Below, piece after piece: positions 10,253 to 19,018 of a stretch of DNA of 64,000 nucleotides; the stretch's first letter is position 1; the number at the start of each line of letters is the position of its first letter. The notes beneath the pieces are model-generated. The model worked only from the letters and a program-made list of their open reading frames with translations, did no database searches and had not been told where the DNA came from. Position numbers and translations under genes: made by a program. The stretch comes from Spirochaetia bacterium. Its GTDB lineage: Bacteria; Spirochaetota; Spirochaetia; UBA9216. The stretch is taken from positions 2,752,001 through 2,816,000 of the forward strand of contig OY776510.1 of NCBI GenBank assembly GCA_963675665.1, read 5' to 3'.

Positions 10253-10423
10253 TTATTTCTCCTGTAAATCGGCAGCACGCTTTTTTTTCCGCCTGTTAAT
10301 AACAATCATGACTATTCCCCAGGCAACCACCGCGATACTGATTATCAGCTGGTGACTGAGTATAAAATTCAGTAATACTGAGCCCCAGTCTCCCAGCAGT
10401 TCCTTTATAATATTTTCAAACAT
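10253..10423 (-). CDS. Small single-pass membrane protein, 56 aa (absent from ORF track)
   Basis: MFENIIKELLGDWGSVLLNFILSHQLIISIAVVAWGIVMIVINRRKKKRAADLQEK fills the gap between the DeoR gene and HPr with 3-nt spacers. Hydrophobic stretch followed by RRKKKR. Confidence 0.7.
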   Translation of the reverse strand: MFENIIKELLGDWGSVLLNFILSHQLIISIAVVAWGIVMIVINRRKKKRAADLQEK

Positions 10424-10426
10424 ATT

Positions 10427-11194
10427 TCATACCGTTATAATTTCAATTCCACTGGAAACAAATGATTTCTTAACGCTTTTACTGATTTTGTCGTCAGTGA
10501 TTATTTTTGTTATTTTGGAAATGTCGTCCAGATAGTTAAAACAGACGTTTCCGAATTTTGTCGAATCAGCAATCAGATAAGTTTCTTTTGCAATTTCCAT
10601 CATCGCTTTAATTACCGGAACGTTTGATGCTTCGTAATATGTCAGTCCGTATTCGGCATCAATTCCGTCTGCCGTCATAAACAGCTTGTCGGCATATTGA
10701 ATACCTGACAGAGGATCCCGGTTGAAATTACGTATTGTTGAATACTGCTTTTCAATCTCTCCGCCCAGCATGAAAAGGCTGATATTATCAAGTTCGGAAA
10801 GTTCAAGAGCCAGGGAGAGCGAATTTGTTATAACCCTGAATTCAAAATCAAGTCCGCTGAAGATTCGTCCTGCCAGCATTGTGATTACGCCCGGGCCTAT
10901 CAGGATTGTTTCTTTTTTTTGAACCAAAGTTGAGCAGTATTCTGCAATCCTGATCTTTTCATTTATAGCTTTACTGAGCAGCGCTTCACGGGTAGGTCCG
11001 GGATAATCCTTTTTATAAAAGACCTCGCCGCCCTTGCCCTGTAGTACTTGTCCTGAATCTTCGAGAAGCTTGATGTCTCTCCGGATTGTGGCTGTAGAAA
11101 CCTTGAATTTTGCAGAAAGTTTTTTTAGAGTTGTTTTTTCTTTCAATCGCAGAATTTCAGTGATTCCTGCCAGCCGCTCTCTCTTGTTTTTCAT
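10427..11194 (-). CDS. DeoR/GlpR family transcriptional regulator
   Basis: VSTATIRRDI HTH, VITNSL, LGGE, IADSTKF. Confidence 0.93.
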   Translation of the reverse strand: MKNKRERLAGITEILRLKEKTTLKKLSAKFKVSTATIRRDIKLLEDSGQVLQGKGGEVFYKKDYPGPTREALLSKAINEKIRIAEYCSTLVQKKETILIGPGVITMLAGRIFSGLDFEFRVITNSLSLALELSELDNISLFMLGGEIEKQYSTIRNFNRDPLSGIQYADKLFMTADGIDAEYGLTYYEASNVPVIKAMMEIAKETYLIADSTKFGNVCFNYLDDISKITKIITDDKISKSVKKSFVSSGIEIITV

Positions 11195-11213
11195 GCTGTA
11201 TACCGGAGGCTGC

Positions 11214-11549
11214 TTAAAGCAGGTGAAAAAGCCCTACTGTTTTCTTTTTAGGCAGGTATTTGTTGAAAATCTCAGCAGCTTTTTCTGTTTTTTCAATAAA
11301 AACCTCAATGCCTTTTTCTTTAAGTGCGTGAACCGCCGAATCGCTTATTTTTATTGGCATCATAAAGCCGAGGCCGACTACAACAACTTCGGGTTCAGCT
11401 TTGAAAACATCATCCAGATCTCCCGGTTCTATGCTGTTGCGGCTTTCAATCCACCATTTTGTATTCATATGATCGCTGTAAACAATAGTGTCGGAGCGCG
11501 AGACCTTGCCCCGAAACAAAAGCTTTCCCAGAGATACTGATTCTATCAT
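11214..11549 (-). CDS. Mth938-like (DUF498) domain protein
   Basis: PEVVVVGLG, KGIEVF, TEKAAEIFN and C-terminal GLFHL pattern. Confidence 0.75.
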   Translation of the reverse strand: MIESVSLGKLLFRGKVSRSDTIVYSDHMNTKWWIESRNSIEPGDLDDVFKAEPEVVVVGLGFMMPIKISDSAVHALKEKGIEVFIEKTEKAAEIFNKYLPKKKTVGLFHLL

Positions 11550-11552
11550 TAA

Positions 11553-11834
11553 TTATTCCTTAACATATGAAATTATTTTCTCCATGTCGGCTTCCATTCC
11601 GATTCCTGTAAGAAAGGAAAGAGTTTGAATTACCGGTATGTCTCCGACATCGCCGACAGGAGTTGTTGTAACTATCAGATCCACACCGTCAAGTTTTGAC
11701 GGGACTTCAGCCGCTTTGCACTGAATAAGATTGACTTTAATTCCTTTCTCCTCGAGATGTTCTTCAATTTTCCTCAAAACTACAGTTGACGTCGCCACTG
11801 CTGTTCCGCATGAAACAAGAATTTTTTTTGCCAT
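11553..11834 (-). CDS. PTS galactitol-family IIB component
   Basis: ILVSCGTAVATS phospho-Cys loop, DLIVTT, FLTGIG. Confidence 0.92.
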   Translation of the reverse strand: MAKKILVSCGTAVATSTVVLRKIEEHLEEKGIKVNLIQCKAAEVPSKLDGVDLIVTTTPVGDVGDIPVIQTLSFLTGIGMEADMEKIISYVKE

Positions 11835-11896
11835 TTAACACTCCTATAAAAAGTCAACCACAAGCTAAAAATATAAGCTTATGATCTAGTCGGATA

Positions 11897-13009
11897 TCAA
11901 CCGACCATTACAGCTTCCCATGCTGCTGCCTGCATTTCCCTGTATTCTTTTCTAAAAGCCATTTTCATCGGATCAAACGGCTCTCTGGTTTTTAAAATTG
12001 TATATACCAAAGTGCTCATCTTGCGGGCGGCAGCTATTACACTCTTACCCGAGCCTTTCTGCTTCTTCATCGCTGCATACTTCGTCATTATTCGGTACGT
12101 CCCGGTCTTCTTTTGCATACGAACCATTCCCATCACCATCTGTACGAAGGCTGTCCTCAGTTCTACAGGCCCACGCTTTGTTATATGTCCATGATGTATT
12201 GTCATATTTGAGTTCTGCACCCATGGCACAAGCCCGGCGTTTGCTGCATATTTCTTCGCACTATCATATCTGCCGATATCGTCTGTATAGGCTCTTACTG
12301 TTGCTGCTGTTATTAGACCCACGCCTGGTATTGTCTGCAGAAGCTCAACATCTTCATCGTCCTCCACAAGCTCAGCCAAAACCTTTTCAAGCTGCTTGAC
12401 TTGCGATGCCTGATTATCTATCATATCCAGTAACGGTATTACCGTTTTGGCAGCGCTTCCGTAAAAGTCGTGGTCCTCGAGACCGTTCAGGATTCGCTGC
12501 CTTTCTTTTTTACTCTGCAGCTGTCCGCGTTTGGTCTCTATTCCATAACCAAGTAATAAGCCATGCACCTGGTTCTTTAACGACACAACAGATTTTACCA
12601 GTATCGACCTGGATTTCAGCACCCTTCGAATATCCTCACTCTCTTGGGAACATAATATCGATTCAGGCAGCATGTCTTTCTCAAGAAACTCCGCCAGGGT
12701 GCGTGCATCATGTTTGTCTGTCTTTTTTACAGATTCATTCACTACCTTGAATTTCAAAGTATTCACTACAACCACTTCGACTCCAGCCTTTAACAGTTTA
12801 TTGCGGAAATAACGGGCATTCCCGGTTGTTTCCACCGCTGCTCTCAACTCATATTCCTCTTCACAATATTCATCCAGCATTTTCAGAAATGCTCCATAAC
12901 CATTTCCGCTGGTCGGATACATTCCCAATTGATCAATTTTTCGGTCTTCACTTAAAAGGCATACTGTAAACTGCGTTTTGTGAAGATCCACGCCAATACT
13001 CATCTTCAT
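11897..13009 (-). CDS. IS110 family transposase/recombinase
   Basis: RuvC-like DEDD residues (GVDLHK, AVETTG, KTDKHDA). C-terminal Tnp domain TIPGVG...GLVPWVQNSN...ITKRG with the conserved Ser. GGAG RBS. Confidence 0.96.
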   Translation of the reverse strand: MKMSIGVDLHKTQFTVCLLSEDRKIDQLGMYPTSGNGYGAFLKMLDEYCEEEYELRAAVETTGNARYFRNKLLKAGVEVVVVNTLKFKVVNESVKKTDKHDARTLAEFLEKDMLPESILCSQESEDIRRVLKSRSILVKSVVSLKNQVHGLLLGYGIETKRGQLQSKKERQRILNGLEDHDFYGSAAKTVIPLLDMIDNQASQVKQLEKVLAELVEDDEDVELLQTIPGVGLITAATVRAYTDDIGRYDSAKKYAANAGLVPWVQNSNMTIHHGHITKRGPVELRTAFVQMVMGMVRMQKKTGTYRIMTKYAAMKKQKGSGKSVIAAARKMSTLVYTILKTREPFDPMKMAFRKEYREMQAAAWEAVMVG

Positions 13010-13039
13010 GTTCTATCTCCAATAGTTTGAAGCAGTGCC

Positions 13040-13205
13040 TATACGGTGAATTGTTCCATTCTCCTATCCGGTCTCGCAGACCATTGAATGTTTCGGTTAC
13101 GGCTCTTCAATCTCCTAAACGGTCTCGCGGACCAGTAAAAATGTCGAACAGTAACCTTACTGCCTCAATTAAAGTTAAGGCAGTATATCAATTCACCAGC
13201 TCATG
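13040..13205 (-). ncRNA. Putative IS110 bridge/seek RNA in the upstream non-coding end
   Basis: Nested helices: 13189-13197 with 13045-13053, hairpin 13158-13185, 13151-13156 with 13095-13100. Two 24-nt modules (13060-13083, 13111-13134; 21/24 identical), each a GGUC...GACC hairpin followed by UAGGAG matching the element junction. Ends are approximate. Confidence 0.72.
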
Positions 13206-13296
13206 AAGACTTTTTATCATTCCTCCTATAAAAGTTTACCGCCAAAAAGCTGCAAAGCAGCCCGGATGGCGGGGATTGCATCCTGATGATATATCA

Positions 13297-15033
13297 TCAT
13301 TGTACATCTGCATACTTTTGAAGAAAAGACTTAATTTCTTCTTCTGTCTTAAATTTTAAAATATCATCAGCTGCTTTTTTACAATCCTGATAACTGACGG
13401 ACCTGATAATTGAAACAGCTTCCGGCAGCATTTGTCCACTCATGCTTAATTCATTGATACCAAGTCCGATTAAAGCGGGAATTGCAGCCGGAATACCCCC
13501 GAGCTCGCCGCAGATTCCCGCCCATCTGTTATTTTTATGAGCATTATCGACAGCAGTTTTTAATGAACGAAATACTGCCGGGCTGAAGAGCCTGTAATAT
13601 TCTGAAACATTCTCATTGATACGGTCCGCGCAGAGGGTGTACTGCGTAAGATCGTTTGTTCCAATGCTGATGAAATCACATTCTTCCGTAAGGATGTCGG
13701 AAATCATGACTGCAGCAGGGGTTTCTACCATAACGCCGACTTCGATATCACCGTTAAAAACAGCGTTCTCATTTTCCAGTTCAGAAATGCATTCGGATAT
13801 TACTGCCCTGGCGGCACGAAATTCCGTTACGTCAGCTACCATCGGGAACATGATCTTTATATTGCCGAAGGCCGCCGCCCTTAGTATTGCCCTAAGCTGA
13901 GTCTTGAAAATATTCCTGTATTTAAGAGAAACTCTGAGTCCCCTTAACCCAAGGAACGGATTATCTTCTTCAGGAAGATTAAAACATTTTACTTCTTTAT
14001 CTCCTCCGATATCAAGAGTCCTGATAATCACCATCCCGGGGTTAAGCTGTTCAGCTACTTTTTTATAGAAATAATATTGCTTTTCTTCATCCGGTAAATT
14101 AACTGTATCAAGAAAAAAGAATTCTGTTCTGAGCAGTCCGACGCTCCGGGCACCGCAGCCGACTGCATTCTGAAGATCCTCAAGCGACCCTATATTTGCT
14201 GATAATTCAATCGTTCGTCCGTCGATTGTAACCGGCTCAAGGTTTCTGACTGCATTAAGGTGTTCTGTTCTCAGGCGGTATTTTTCTTTTTCAGTCATGA
14301 ATTCTGATCTTTCATCATCATTCGGTGAAATCCAGATTTTGGCCGTTTCAAAATCACGGGTGTCGAGAAGAACCTCTGATTTCGGTTCCGTTTTACTCAG
14401 GGCTCCTGCAGCACCGACCACCGCCGGGATGCCGAGCGTTTTAGCCAGAATGGCGACATGCGAGGTCACTCCGCCCTGTTCGGTGATTAATCCTTTTACG
14501 TTATTTTTATTCATCAGGGCCGTATCGGAAGGCATGAGATCCGCTGCAATTACAATAGAATTTTCAGGTATGTTCGAAAGATCCCGGCTTTCCATCCCCA
14601 GCAGGTTTCTGAGAATTCTATTGTATACATCGGTAAGATCAAGAAGCCTTTGCCGGTTGTAATCGTCCTCACCGAGCGCGGTAAAAAGATCGGCGTAGCC
14701 GGTGAAAACTGTCTTTAAAGCTTCTTCGGCACAGACTTGTTTGTCTTTGATTATCTCCCTGATTTCAGTTGAGAACTCCTCATCTTCAATCATCGTCATC
14801 TGAGCCCTGAAGATGTGCCCGAATTCCTTACCGAGAGCACCGGAAAGATTGCTTTTTAAATTTTCAAGTTCCGATCTCGCTGCTTTAAATGCAGCTTCAA
14901 TCCTGTTGTATTCAGCTTCACTGTTTTCAGTTTTTTTACTGCTGAATGAAAGATCCTGTTCCTGGTAGATGAAGGCATAACCGTAACTGATGCCGGGAGA
15001 AGCGCTTCGACCTGTTAGCTGTCCCATACTCAT
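13297..15033 (-). CDS. ptsI: PTS enzyme I (phosphoenolpyruvate-protein phosphotransferase)
   Basis: GGVTSHVAILA (phospho-His), GLLRTEF, RTLDIGGDK, NPFLGLRG, SIGTNDL, GICGE. Confidence 0.96.
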   Translation of the reverse strand: MSMGQLTGRSASPGISYGYAFIYQEQDLSFSSKKTENSEAEYNRIEAAFKAARSELENLKSNLSGALGKEFGHIFRAQMTMIEDEEFSTEIREIIKDKQVCAEEALKTVFTGYADLFTALGEDDYNRQRLLDLTDVYNRILRNLLGMESRDLSNIPENSIVIAADLMPSDTALMNKNNVKGLITEQGGVTSHVAILAKTLGIPAVVGAAGALSKTEPKSEVLLDTRDFETAKIWISPNDDERSEFMTEKEKYRLRTEHLNAVRNLEPVTIDGRTIELSANIGSLEDLQNAVGCGARSVGLLRTEFFFLDTVNLPDEEKQYYFYKKVAEQLNPGMVIIRTLDIGGDKEVKCFNLPEEDNPFLGLRGLRVSLKYRNIFKTQLRAILRAAAFGNIKIMFPMVADVTEFRAARAVISECISELENENAVFNGDIEVGVMVETPAAVMISDILTEECDFISIGTNDLTQYTLCADRINENVSEYYRLFSPAVFRSLKTAVDNAHKNNRWAGICGELGGIPAAIPALIGLGINELSMSGQMLPEAVSIIRSVSYQDCKKAADDILKFKTEEEIKSFLQKYADVQ

Positions 15034-15509
15034 ACCCTGAGATTTTTCCCGACATTATCACGGAGGATATTATAAACTTCATTTTCATCTTCCGCGTAAA
15101 GGAGAGCTTTCAGAACTTCATTATCCTGATATGTTGTAATCAGGGTTTCCAGAAGATCTCCTATTTTCTTCTTTTCTTTCAGGGCAAACATGGAAATAAG
15201 TTGAACAGGGATTTTTTCTTCGGGAGCTCCCATAACCGAGAATTCAACAGAGTCGGACAGTCGGGCAAAACAGATAACCGATTGGTTTACATGATCTGCA
15301 TCGGTGTGGGGTATGGCGATTTTCAGATCTTCCATCGGGAGCCCGGAAGGGTAACTTGATTCTCTGTCCTGAATTGCCTGGATATAGGATTTTTTAACAT
15401 AACCAAGGTCGTAAAGTCTTTCCGCCATAACTTGCAGGGCGGTTTCTTTTGAAGCAGCATCAATGTTGATAAGGATGCATTCAGTCTTAAGTATGTCTTC
15501 AATTTTCAT
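15030..15509 (-). CDS. PTS IIA component (GatA/Fru-Mtl-like)
   Basis: DRESSYPSGL and IAIPHTD phospho-His motif. Confidence 0.92.
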   Translation of the reverse strand: MKIEDILKTECILINIDAASKETALQVMAERLYDLGYVKKSYIQAIQDRESSYPSGLPMEDLKIAIPHTDADHVNQSVICFARLSDSVEFSVMGAPEEKIPVQLISMFALKEKKKIGDLLETLITTYQDNEVLKALLYAEDENEVYNILRDNVGKNLRV

Positions 15510-15530
15510 GTGATGTTTTCCTTTTGATTA

Positions 15531-15565
15531 TTTATTTCCCGGACAGGTTATGTCCGGGAAATAAA
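15531..15565. repeat. 15-bp perfect intergenic inverted repeat between IIC and IIA
   Basis: TTTATTTCCCGGACA-GGTTA-TGTCCGGGAAATAAA. No U-tract follows on the coding (minus) strand. Confidence 0.7.
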
Positions 15566-15571
15566 AACTAA

Positions 15572-16972
15572 TTATTTCTCAGCATTTTCCGGTTTGTAAC
15601 CAGCTACCTTATGCCATGCTTCCGGGTTTTTCTTGAACAGAATCCAGAGTACGGCAATTACCACTGCAACAATTATATTCCCGAGCCAGAAGTTTTCTGA
15701 TATTTTCAGGAACATCGCAGGAATCCAGTTTCCTCCGTCGCAAATTGACGTAATAAGATTTGCGCCTTCCGGTAGTGCAAAATCAGCTGCAAGAGCTGCC
15801 GCTGTTGTACCTTCGGCGAGGAAATTCATGATGTAAAGCGACGGAATCATAAATATCGTTGAGATTACAATCGATCTGAAGACGTTAGCTTTAACAATCG
15901 GAATAACTATTGCAACAAGGAAAGGAATTACTGCGAGATCGCCGAAAGGAATTACCTTGTTTCCGGGAAGAATTATTGCAAGAATAAGGGTGATCGGCAC
16001 CATTACAAGACCGGTTGCAATTGCCGTGGGATGCCCTACAAGAATTGCCGAGTCGAGACCGATGTATATTTCCCGATCGCCTGCTTTTTTCTGCAGGAAG
16101 TCGCGGGCCGCGTCCGAAAGAGGAATAAGTCCTTCCATTAAAAGCGAAACCATTCTCGGCATAAGTACCATAACTGCGCCGAGAGAAATAGCCGTCGACA
16201 GCATCTTGCCGAGCCAGCTGGTCCATGGCCCGTCGCCGATGTAAGCTACTGCAGCAAGAATTAAACCGATAACTACACCCATTATAAGCGGTTCGCCCAT
16301 AAGACCGAATTTTTTCTTTACGGTGTCGGGGTCCCCTTCAATATTCTTTATTCCGGGTATTAAATCGATAACTTTGTTGATGATGATTGCGAACGGAACC
16401 GGTGCTGCTGAAAAGCCGTGGGGGATTGAGATACCCGGAAGCCCCATGGTCTGCTGGATTGCAGGGCCTGTCCAGTCTGCAAAGAACAGCATTGCTGCTG
16501 CAAACAGGAGTGCAGAAATGAGTCCGTACCAGATATTGCCTGTTGCCCATTGAACAAGTCCTCCTACAAAAGCGAAATGCCAGAAATTCCAGATATCGAT
16601 GTTTATCGTTTTTGTGACTCTGGTGAACAGCAGAAGAAGGTTGAGCAGAATTCCTGCCGGAATAATAAGGGTGGAAAGCCTGGACCCGAACGCAATGGAA
16701 GCGCAAGCCGGCCAGCCTACGTCTATTATATCCAGCTGAAGGCCGAACCTTTCTACCATCGCCTGTGATACCGGACCTATGTTACTGGATAATACGCCGA
16801 TAACAAGATTCAGACCGATGAATCCAACGCCGAACATCAGCGAGGATCTGAGTGCCTTTCCCGGTTTTGCTCCAAATATCAGTGAGAGTATAAAGAGTAT
16901 AATCGGGAGAAGGACTGATGCGCCCAAGCCGAGAAAAAAATCTACGACTGATTGTAATACACCAAGTTCCAT
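15572..16972 (-). CDS. PTS galactitol-family IIC component (GatC-like)
   Basis: IIDVGWP, TINIDIWNFWHF, YIGLDSA, LPGN..PFGDL. Start placed at MELG (16972) after the AAGGAG RBS. Confidence 0.93.
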   Translation of the reverse strand: MELGVLQSVVDFFLGLGASVLLPIILFILSLIFGAKPGKALRSSLMFGVGFIGLNLVIGVLSSNIGPVSQAMVERFGLQLDIIDVGWPACASIAFGSRLSTLIIPAGILLNLLLLFTRVTKTINIDIWNFWHFAFVGGLVQWATGNIWYGLISALLFAAAMLFFADWTGPAIQQTMGLPGISIPHGFSAAPVPFAIIINKVIDLIPGIKNIEGDPDTVKKKFGLMGEPLIMGVVIGLILAAVAYIGDGPWTSWLGKMLSTAISLGAVMVLMPRMVSLLMEGLIPLSDAARDFLQKKAGDREIYIGLDSAILVGHPTAIATGLVMVPITLILAIILPGNKVIPFGDLAVIPFLVAIVIPIVKANVFRSIVISTIFMIPSLYIMNFLAEGTTAAALAADFALPEGANLITSICDGGNWIPAMFLKISENFWLGNIIVAVVIAVLWILFKKNPEAWHKVAGYKPENAEK

Positions 16973-17001
16973 AATTTCTCCTTTTCCAATAATTTTGCAT
17001 A

Positions 17002-17030
17002 AGAATATAACAAAATATGCCACTTGTCAA
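17002..17030 (-). promoter_or_regulatory. Sigma70-type promoter of the PTS operon
   Basis: TTGACA-17 bp-TATTCT on the minus strand, ~30 nt upstream of the IIC start. Confidence 0.6.
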
Positions 17031-17159
17031 AATAAAAATGAAAATATATTATTAAAAAATGCAAAAAATTTGCAAAAAAACCATGCTGTTAAAATTTGTT
17101 CGCAGAGTATTATCAATATAAGGAATAATGTGTAGAACTAAGGTATACCGGAGTTGTAA

Positions 17160-18155
17160 ATGAAGAAATTTAAATGGGGTATTATCGGGACCGGAAAAAT
17201 AGCAAACCGTTTTGCATCGGCTCTTAATAATATTTCTGCGGAAGCAGAGCTTTATGCGATTGGTTCCCGCAGCAGAAATAAGGCTGAAGATTTTGCAGCC
17301 AGATACAATGCTGAAAAAGCTTATGAAGGTTATTCAAGGCTTATGGCTGATCCCGGGATTGATATTGTTTACATAGGCACACCTGGAAAATGTCATCATG
17401 ATGATGTTGTAATGGCTCTTAATGCGGGAAAACATGTTCTTTGTGAGAAAACTCTTACATCCAATGCCACGGAAGCGGAAGATCTGATCAGTCTTGCGCG
17501 GGAAAAGAATCTTTTTTTAATGGAAGCAATGTGGACAAGGTTTTTCCCTTTGCATGTGCGAATTCGTGAATTGACAGAAAACGGAGCAATAGGCGATGTG
17601 CGCGGGCTTGTTGCAAATTTCAGCGCGACAGCACCCGGGAGCTCCTCTGATAAAAACCGCTTCTGGGATGTTGATATGGGGGCAAGCGCGCTTCTGGATA
17701 TAGGCGCCTACGGAGTATCGTTTGCTTCAAGCCTTTTCGGCAAGCCTGAAGAAATTTCCGGTACTGCATACATGGGCAGCGCCGGTTTTGATTATCAGAA
17801 CTCCTGTTCGATAAGATATTCCGGCGGAAGAATAGCAACAATCATGTCGTCACAGGTTTCATATGATGTAAAAGAATGTGTTGTATTCGGAACAGGCGGG
17901 AAGATAGAGATAGAAGACCCCTGGTATAAACCTGTTGCAATGACTGTGACCCAGGCGGGAAAAGAAGCCCAAAGACTGGAATTTCCGCTGAACAGATTCA
18001 ACGGGTATGAATATGAAATCAGGGAAGTGATGAGCAGAATAGAAAAAGGCGAGAAGGAATCACCGGTAATGCCGCTGGATGAAACACTTCAGGTTATTCG
18101 AACAATGGATGAGTTGAGAGCTCAATGGGGATTTAAATTCCCTTATGAGGTTTAG
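17160..18155 (+). CDS. Gfo/Idh/MocA family oxidoreductase
   Basis: WGIIGTGKIA Rossmann motif, GKHVLCEK, MEAMWTRF, ALLDIGAY. Confidence 0.93.
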   Translation: MKKFKWGIIGTGKIANRFASALNNISAEAELYAIGSRSRNKAEDFAARYNAEKAYEGYSRLMADPGIDIVYIGTPGKCHHDDVVMALNAGKHVLCEKTLTSNATEAEDLISLAREKNLFLMEAMWTRFFPLHVRIRELTENGAIGDVRGLVANFSATAPGSSSDKNRFWDVDMGASALLDIGAYGVSFASSLFGKPEEISGTAYMGSAGFDYQNSCSIRYSGGRIATIMSSQVSYDVKECVVFGTGGKIEIEDPWYKPVAMTVTQAGKEAQRLEFPLNRFNGYEYEIREVMSRIEKGEKESPVMPLDETLQVIRTMDELRAQWGFKFPYEV

Positions 18156-18163
18156 GACTGATT

Positions 18164-18907
18164 ATGAGTTTGGCAGAAAGAGTAATTGATTCAAAAAAAC
18201 TCGGAAAACGTAACAGCGTAAGGATTTTTATTCCGGATTCAGGCGGCACCAGGTTTCCCGTTGTTTATTTCCATCATGGGTTGGGATACGACAGCCTGAC
18301 ACCCTGGGCAAAAACAGATTTCCCTGTTATTGCTGAAAACTACAATATTATCATAGTAACTTCCGATGCATACGACAGCTGGTTTGTTAACGACATAACC
18401 ACCGGACGGTTATGGGAAGATTATTTTGCCAATGAGCTTCCTGATTATATAGAAAAAGAATTTCCTGCCGCTTCAGGACGGACGGCCAGGGGACAATGCG
18501 GTTTCAGCATGGGCGGATACGGAGCTATGATGCTGACGTTGCTTCATCCTGATCGTTTCTGTGCTGTTTCAACCCACAGCGGCTCCTTTGTTTTCGGTCA
18601 TGAGTACAGAAAGGACAGACCCGAGAGAGCGGTGTATATGAAAGCGGTTGCGCCTCCGGGCGGACGGTACGATTTGTTCAGACATATAAAGGATTTTCCG
18701 TGGAATGAAGATAATCTTCCTGCTATCCGTCTCGATATCGGTAAGGATGATTACCTTATTGACCAGAATCGGAGATTCCATTCCTGCCTCAGTGAAAACG
18801 GGATAAAACATTATTATTCAGAAAACAGCGGAACGCACTCCTGGGATTATGTAAATGAGCATCTGAAAGACAGTCTCGATTTTTTTTCAGCGCAGCTATC
18901 CTGCTGA
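18164..18907 (+). CDS. Alpha/beta-hydrolase esterase (S-formylglutathione hydrolase/tributyrin esterase-like)
   Basis: FPVVYFHHG, GFSMGG nucleophile elbow, DIGKDD, GTHSW. Confidence 0.88.
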   Translation: MSLAERVIDSKKLGKRNSVRIFIPDSGGTRFPVVYFHHGLGYDSLTPWAKTDFPVIAENYNIIIVTSDAYDSWFVNDITTGRLWEDYFANELPDYIEKEFPAASGRTARGQCGFSMGGYGAMMLTLLHPDRFCAVSTHSGSFVFGHEYRKDRPERAVYMKAVAPPGGRYDLFRHIKDFPWNEDNLPAIRLDIGKDDYLIDQNRRFHSCLSENGIKHYYSENSGTHSWDYVNEHLKDSLDFFSAQLSC

Positions 18908-19018
18908 AAAAGAGGCTGCATGATTACGGGATTGAAACGCTCTTGACGTAAGAATTAAACTATGATACTTTATATATACTAAAGTAGCTTAAATATAATT
19001 AAATATACAGGGGGAAAT

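Larger units (their letters stand above)
11841..13233 (-). mobile_element. IS110-family insertion sequence (~1.38 kb) inserted at the RBS of the PTS IIB gene
   Basis: Single DEDD recombinase gene. CTCCTATAAAA is repeated at 11841-11851 and 13223-13233. Subterminal inverted repeats at 11846-11855 and 13208-13217. Removing one unit restores a normal ptsI-IIB intergenic region. Confidence 0.9.

Noticed and set aside
13060-13134. Two 24-bp direct repeats as a mini-CRISPR array
   Set aside because: Only two units, no cas genes, and they lie inside the IS110 end. Better explained as RNA loop modules.
11841-13233. 11-bp repeat as a classical DDE target-site duplication
   Set aside because: IS110 recombinases do not usually make long TSDs, and the repeat overlaps the element's own subterminal IR. 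Shared donor/target sequence is more likely.
13284-13299. Perfect 16-bp palindrome TGATGATATATCATCA
   Set aside because: It overlaps the ptsI stop codon, has no second copy and no promoter context. No function can be supported.
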